DNA of 62,991 bases, counting the filler, from Chlamydiales bacterium (GTDB taxonomy: Bacteria > Chlamydiota > Chlamydiia > Chlamydiales > JACRBE01), in assembly GCA_016213235.1 (NCBI GenBank). It is 6 parts of 6 records of this genome, joined end to end, with 100 filler letters (N's around TTAATTAATTAA, not from the genome) between each part and the next. Parts side by side here need not be neighbours in the genome. Positions count along the whole stretch, not along the records: positions 58,605 to 61,428 come from JACRBE010000033.1; positions 61,529 to 62,991 come from JACRBE010000034.1; 4 more parts are not named here. One strand, written 5' to 3'. Under the pieces are notes generated by a model. It worked only from the letters and a program-made list of their open reading frames with translations, did not search any database and was not told the origin of the DNA. A program made the position numbers and the translations under genes. The first letter of the stretch is position 1, and every line of letters begins with the position of its first letter. This document shows, one piece after another, positions 60,298-62,991 of this stretch.

Positions 60298-60822
60298 CTA
60301 TGTTATTGAATAAATATCAGGAAGATTCCGAAATTGTTCTTTATAGTCTAGTCCATAACCTACCACAAATTGATCTTGTATGGTGAAAAGGAAATAGTCA
60401 GGAACATATGTCATAGAGCGATTAACATTTTTAAAAAGCAATACAAGAGATTTTATACTCTTTGGATTTTTTTTCTGTATTTGTGTAGTAATGCCCTGCA
60501 TTGTAAGACCTGAATCAAAAATATCATCAATTACAAGAACGTGTTTGCCTTGAAGCTCCAGATCTTCTATACCTTGAATCACAAGCTCTCCCCTGCTGGT
60601 TCCTCGGTAGCCATAGCTGCCTGCTCTAATGTATTCAATGACAACAGGCATTTCAAGATAACGGACTAAATCCGCTGTGAGGAAAAATGATCCCTTCATC
60701 ACCATGACAATGGTCAGTTTTTCTCCCTTATAAGTTTTATTAAGTGCCTTAGCAATTTCTTGTACTTTCAAGGCTATTTCTTCTTTAGAAAGAAGTAGTG
60801 TGAGATTGTCTTTACTATACAT
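60298..60822 (-). CDS. hpt: Hypoxanthine phosphoribosyltransferase
   Basis: MKGSFF, VLVIDDIFDSGLT, FVVGYGLDY..FRNLP. Confidence 0.93.
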   Translation of the reverse strand: MYSKDNLTLLLSKEEIALKVQEIAKALNKTYKGEKLTIVMVMKGSFFLTADLVRYLEMPVVIEYIRAGSYGYRGTSRGELVIQGIEDLELQGKHVLVIDDIFDSGLTMQGITTQIQKKNPKSIKSLVLLFKNVNRSMTYVPDYFLFTIQDQFVVGYGLDYKEQFRNLPDIYSIT

Positions 60823-61101
60823 AATCTTTTCATAACAATTTCAATGATTAAATACAAAGCGATCAAATTGCCCTAAAGGCTACCACCACCTAACCTATGA
60901 CCAAAGAGCCAAATCTATATAAAATAACGATTAAATTTATTGAGGCAGGAAACAAGAAAAAAGCATACCGAAGAAGAGAGATCGAGCCGGATGGGATAAC
61001 AACTATTTGCTTACAATATTAGGAGCTGTAAAGTAATTTTTGTGAAAACGCCCTAGGATCTCTAAAGGAAGTCATTTCAATTAACTTTTTTCTATATTGT
61101 T

Positions 61102-61428
61102 TTAGATTCTAACAAATGAGTTGGAACCATATTTCCAAAAATCATAAACCAAACCTTCCTGCTTTAAAAGCTGAGCAATTGCCATTAATAATAGTATCTC
61201 AGAGTCCCCATGCTTTATATCTTGTTCCCTATAGAGAATATTAGAGATGAAAGAAACACGCTCATCTGATGCCTCATGATACAGTCGTTGCCCATCTCCT
61301 CTATCACTACTACTCTCATTGATACATCCTATCATAAACTGGATAGCTTCTCTAAAAGTAATGCTCAATGGTGTCTTTTCAGTGAAGGGTCGCTTTAGTT
61401 CGGTCCATTCCTTCATTGTTAGTCGTAA
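61102..61428 (-). CDS. Hypothetical protein, probably the 3' part of a gene cut by the contig end
   Basis: 104-aa ORF whose frame stays open upstream to the linker. Confidence 0.5.
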   Translation of the reverse strand, partial: LRLTMKEWTELKRPFTEKTPLSITFREAIQFMIGCINESSSDRGDGQRLYHEASDERVSFISNILYREQDIKHGDSEILLLMAIAQLLKQEGLVYDFWKYGSNSFVRI

Positions 61429-61528
61429 NNNNNNNNNNNNNNNNNNNNNNNNNNNNNNNNNNNNNNNNNNNNTTAATTAATTAANNNNNNNNNNNNNNNN
61501 NNNNNNNNNNNNNNNNNNNNNNNNNNNN
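61429..61528. other. Artificial contig linker
   Basis: N44-TTAATTAATTAA-N44. Confidence 0.98.
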
Positions 61529-61614
61529 ATGAAGTTAGCATAAGGAAATATAAAAAGAAAGGGTAAAAAATTAAAACCTTAGTTTCTTTGCTCACTTTGC
61601 TTTGGATTAATTTT

Positions 61615-62991
61615 CCCGACTTCAGACTAATTTAAAATCCCGCTGGCTTGCAGAAGCGAAAAGAGACATAAAATCTCTAAAAAGCCAATGTAGTGCCTAG
61701 CCAGAAAATAGGCCTTGATTTTTAAATATTGGGATGGTAGGATGAGAGCATGTTTGTACGAGTTAAATCAAATCCGTTAAGTCCGAGAAAATCCGTCCAG
61801 ATAGTTGAATCTGTGCGAAAAAATGACAAAGTCATACAGAAAATTGTGAGGTATGTCGGAGTAGCCATGGATGAGCAGGAACTTGAGCAATTAAAGACTC
61901 TTGCCGAAATAATCAAAGTTAAGCTAGAGAGTGGATCGCAGCAAAATCTTTTTCAGCCGGAAACGCTTGTCGATCTCAACAAAAAAGCAGCGAATGCCAA
62001 GACTTCTGCGGATGAAAAATTTAAAGTAAACCTCAAAGATCTGGTTGAGGAACAAAGAATTGTGTGCGGTATACACGGTGCGTACGGAAATCTATTTGAT
62101 GAGCTTGGATATGACGGTCTGTTTGATAAAAAAGAAAAAAAGGCGGCGCACTATTTCAAAAATGTCGTTATGGCCAGAATCGCAAATCCAAAAAGCAAAA
62201 GGATGAGCGTGAGGAATCTGGAAGAAGATTTTGGCGTGACACTTAATCTGGATATGGTCTATAGAATGATGGATCTCCTAACAGATGAACGAATTGAGAA
62301 AATGCAGAAACTGACTGCAGATAACACGTTGGGACTTTTGGGGCAAAAAATTGATGTGATGTTTTATGATGTCACCACAATCTATTTTGAATCATTCACT
62401 GAAGACACATTGCGAAAAAATGGTTATAGCAAAGATCTAAAATTCAATCAGCCGCAGATTTTGCTGGCTTTGCTGGTGACAAAAGAAGGGCTGCCGATAG
62501 GATATGAAATTTTCGAGGGAAACAAATACGAGGGGCACACAATGCTTCCTGTGCTTTTAAAAATTCGTAAACGTTATGAACTTGATAAAATTTTTATAGT
62601 TGGGGATTCTGGAATGATGAATAAAGACAATATTGCGGAATTGAAAAAAGAAGGATTCAAATTTATCGTTGGAGCCAGACTGAAAAATTTATCCAAAGAA
62701 ATTACGGCAAAAATTCTGGACATGAATGAGTATCGCAAACCTAATGAAGCAAGTGAAATCAGTATAGCTAAATTCATGGTTGGGGATGAATTTCTTGTTG
62801 TGAGCTACAGTGAAAAAAGAGCGAAAAAAGACAGACTGGAGAGGGAAAAAGGAATAACGAAACTAAAAAAGAAACTTGAAAAACAAAAAACTATTAAATG
62901 TCATCTTAGAGACACTGGTTACAGAAAGTTTTTAAAAATCAGTGGAGAAAGCAGTATTGAATTTGACGAAGAGAAATTAAAGGCAGAAAGC
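61615..62991 (+). mobile_element. IS1634-family insertion sequence, left end plus partial transposase
   Basis: Putative terminal CCCGACTTCAGAC 135 nt before a DDE transposase ORF. Confidence 0.8.
61750..62991 (+). CDS. IS1634-family DDE transposase, runs off the window edge
   Basis: Read by hand: MFVRVKSNP..VQIVES, FYDVTTIYFES, GYSKD...PQI...GLPIGYEIFEGN, VGDSGM. It is absent from the ORF track because there is no stop. Confidence 0.9.
   Translation, partial: MFVRVKSNPLSPRKSVQIVESVRKNDKVIQKIVRYVGVAMDEQELEQLKTLAEIIKVKLESGSQQNLFQPETLVDLNKKAANAKTSADEKFKVNLKDLVEEQRIVCGIHGAYGNLFDELGYDGLFDKKEKKAAHYFKNVVMARIANPKSKRMSVRNLEEDFGVTLNLDMVYRMMDLLTDERIEKMQKLTADNTLGLLGQKIDVMFYDVTTIYFESFTEDTLRKNGYSKDLKFNQPQILLALLVTKEGLPIGYEIFEGNKYEGHTMLPVLLKIRKRYELDKIFIVGDSGMMNKDNIAELKKEGFKFIVGARLKNLSKEITAKILDMNEYRKPNEASEISIAKFMVGDEFLVVSYSEKRAKKDRLEREKGITKLKKKLEKQKTIKCHLRDTGYRKFLKISGESSIEFDEEKLKAES

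Noticed and set aside
31749..61528. Five identical TTAATTAATTAA palindromes flanked by N runs, and ORFs ending in X...LIN
   Set aside because: Contig-joining linker with six-frame stops. Truncation of the autotransporter, prmC, TPR gene, sthA, glpK and the 56135 paralog is artefactual, not pseudogenisation.

Overview
AT-rich DNA from a member of the phylum Chlamydiae, probably an environmental lineage. The assignment rests on a chlamydial-type sigma66 (rpoD) next to rpsT, recC-recB next to an MFS gene, a type B L31, a SEC-C-fused Map and several chlamydial-looking hypothetical proteins. The window is six contigs joined by artificial 100-nt linkers (N44-TTAATTAATTAA-N44): 1-31748, 31849-43890, 43991-56469, 56570-58504, 58605-61428 and 61529-62991. 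Adjacency across linkers is therefore not biological. Most content is housekeeping: mutY, mreC, aspC, rpoD, rpsT, recBCD, prmC-prfA-rpmE, tadA, rpsO-pnp, sthA, rpmB, truA, map, htpX, glpK/glpF, hpt and tRNA-Ala(GGC). Accessory content includes an EmrAB-OMF efflux pump, two tandem TagB/TagF-like phosphotransferases, a Gly-rich autotransporter passenger, a FixL-like heme-PAS kinase with a stand-alone receiver, a Phd-VapC toxin-antitoxin pair and an IS1634-family element. There are three pseudogene remnants (SGNH esterase, proline iminopeptidase, transketolase 5' end). Candidate host-directed effectors are two eukaryote-like kinases, a Cys-phosphatase, two tandem Cys-His-Asp transglutaminase-like paralogs, a Gly-zipper protein and a tail-anchored LRR protein with hypervariable repeats. 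I cannot demonstrate one clearly new multi-gene system. The best leads are the hypervariable LRR, the Cys-His-Asp pair, the O2-sensor-like kinase and the Tag-like operon.
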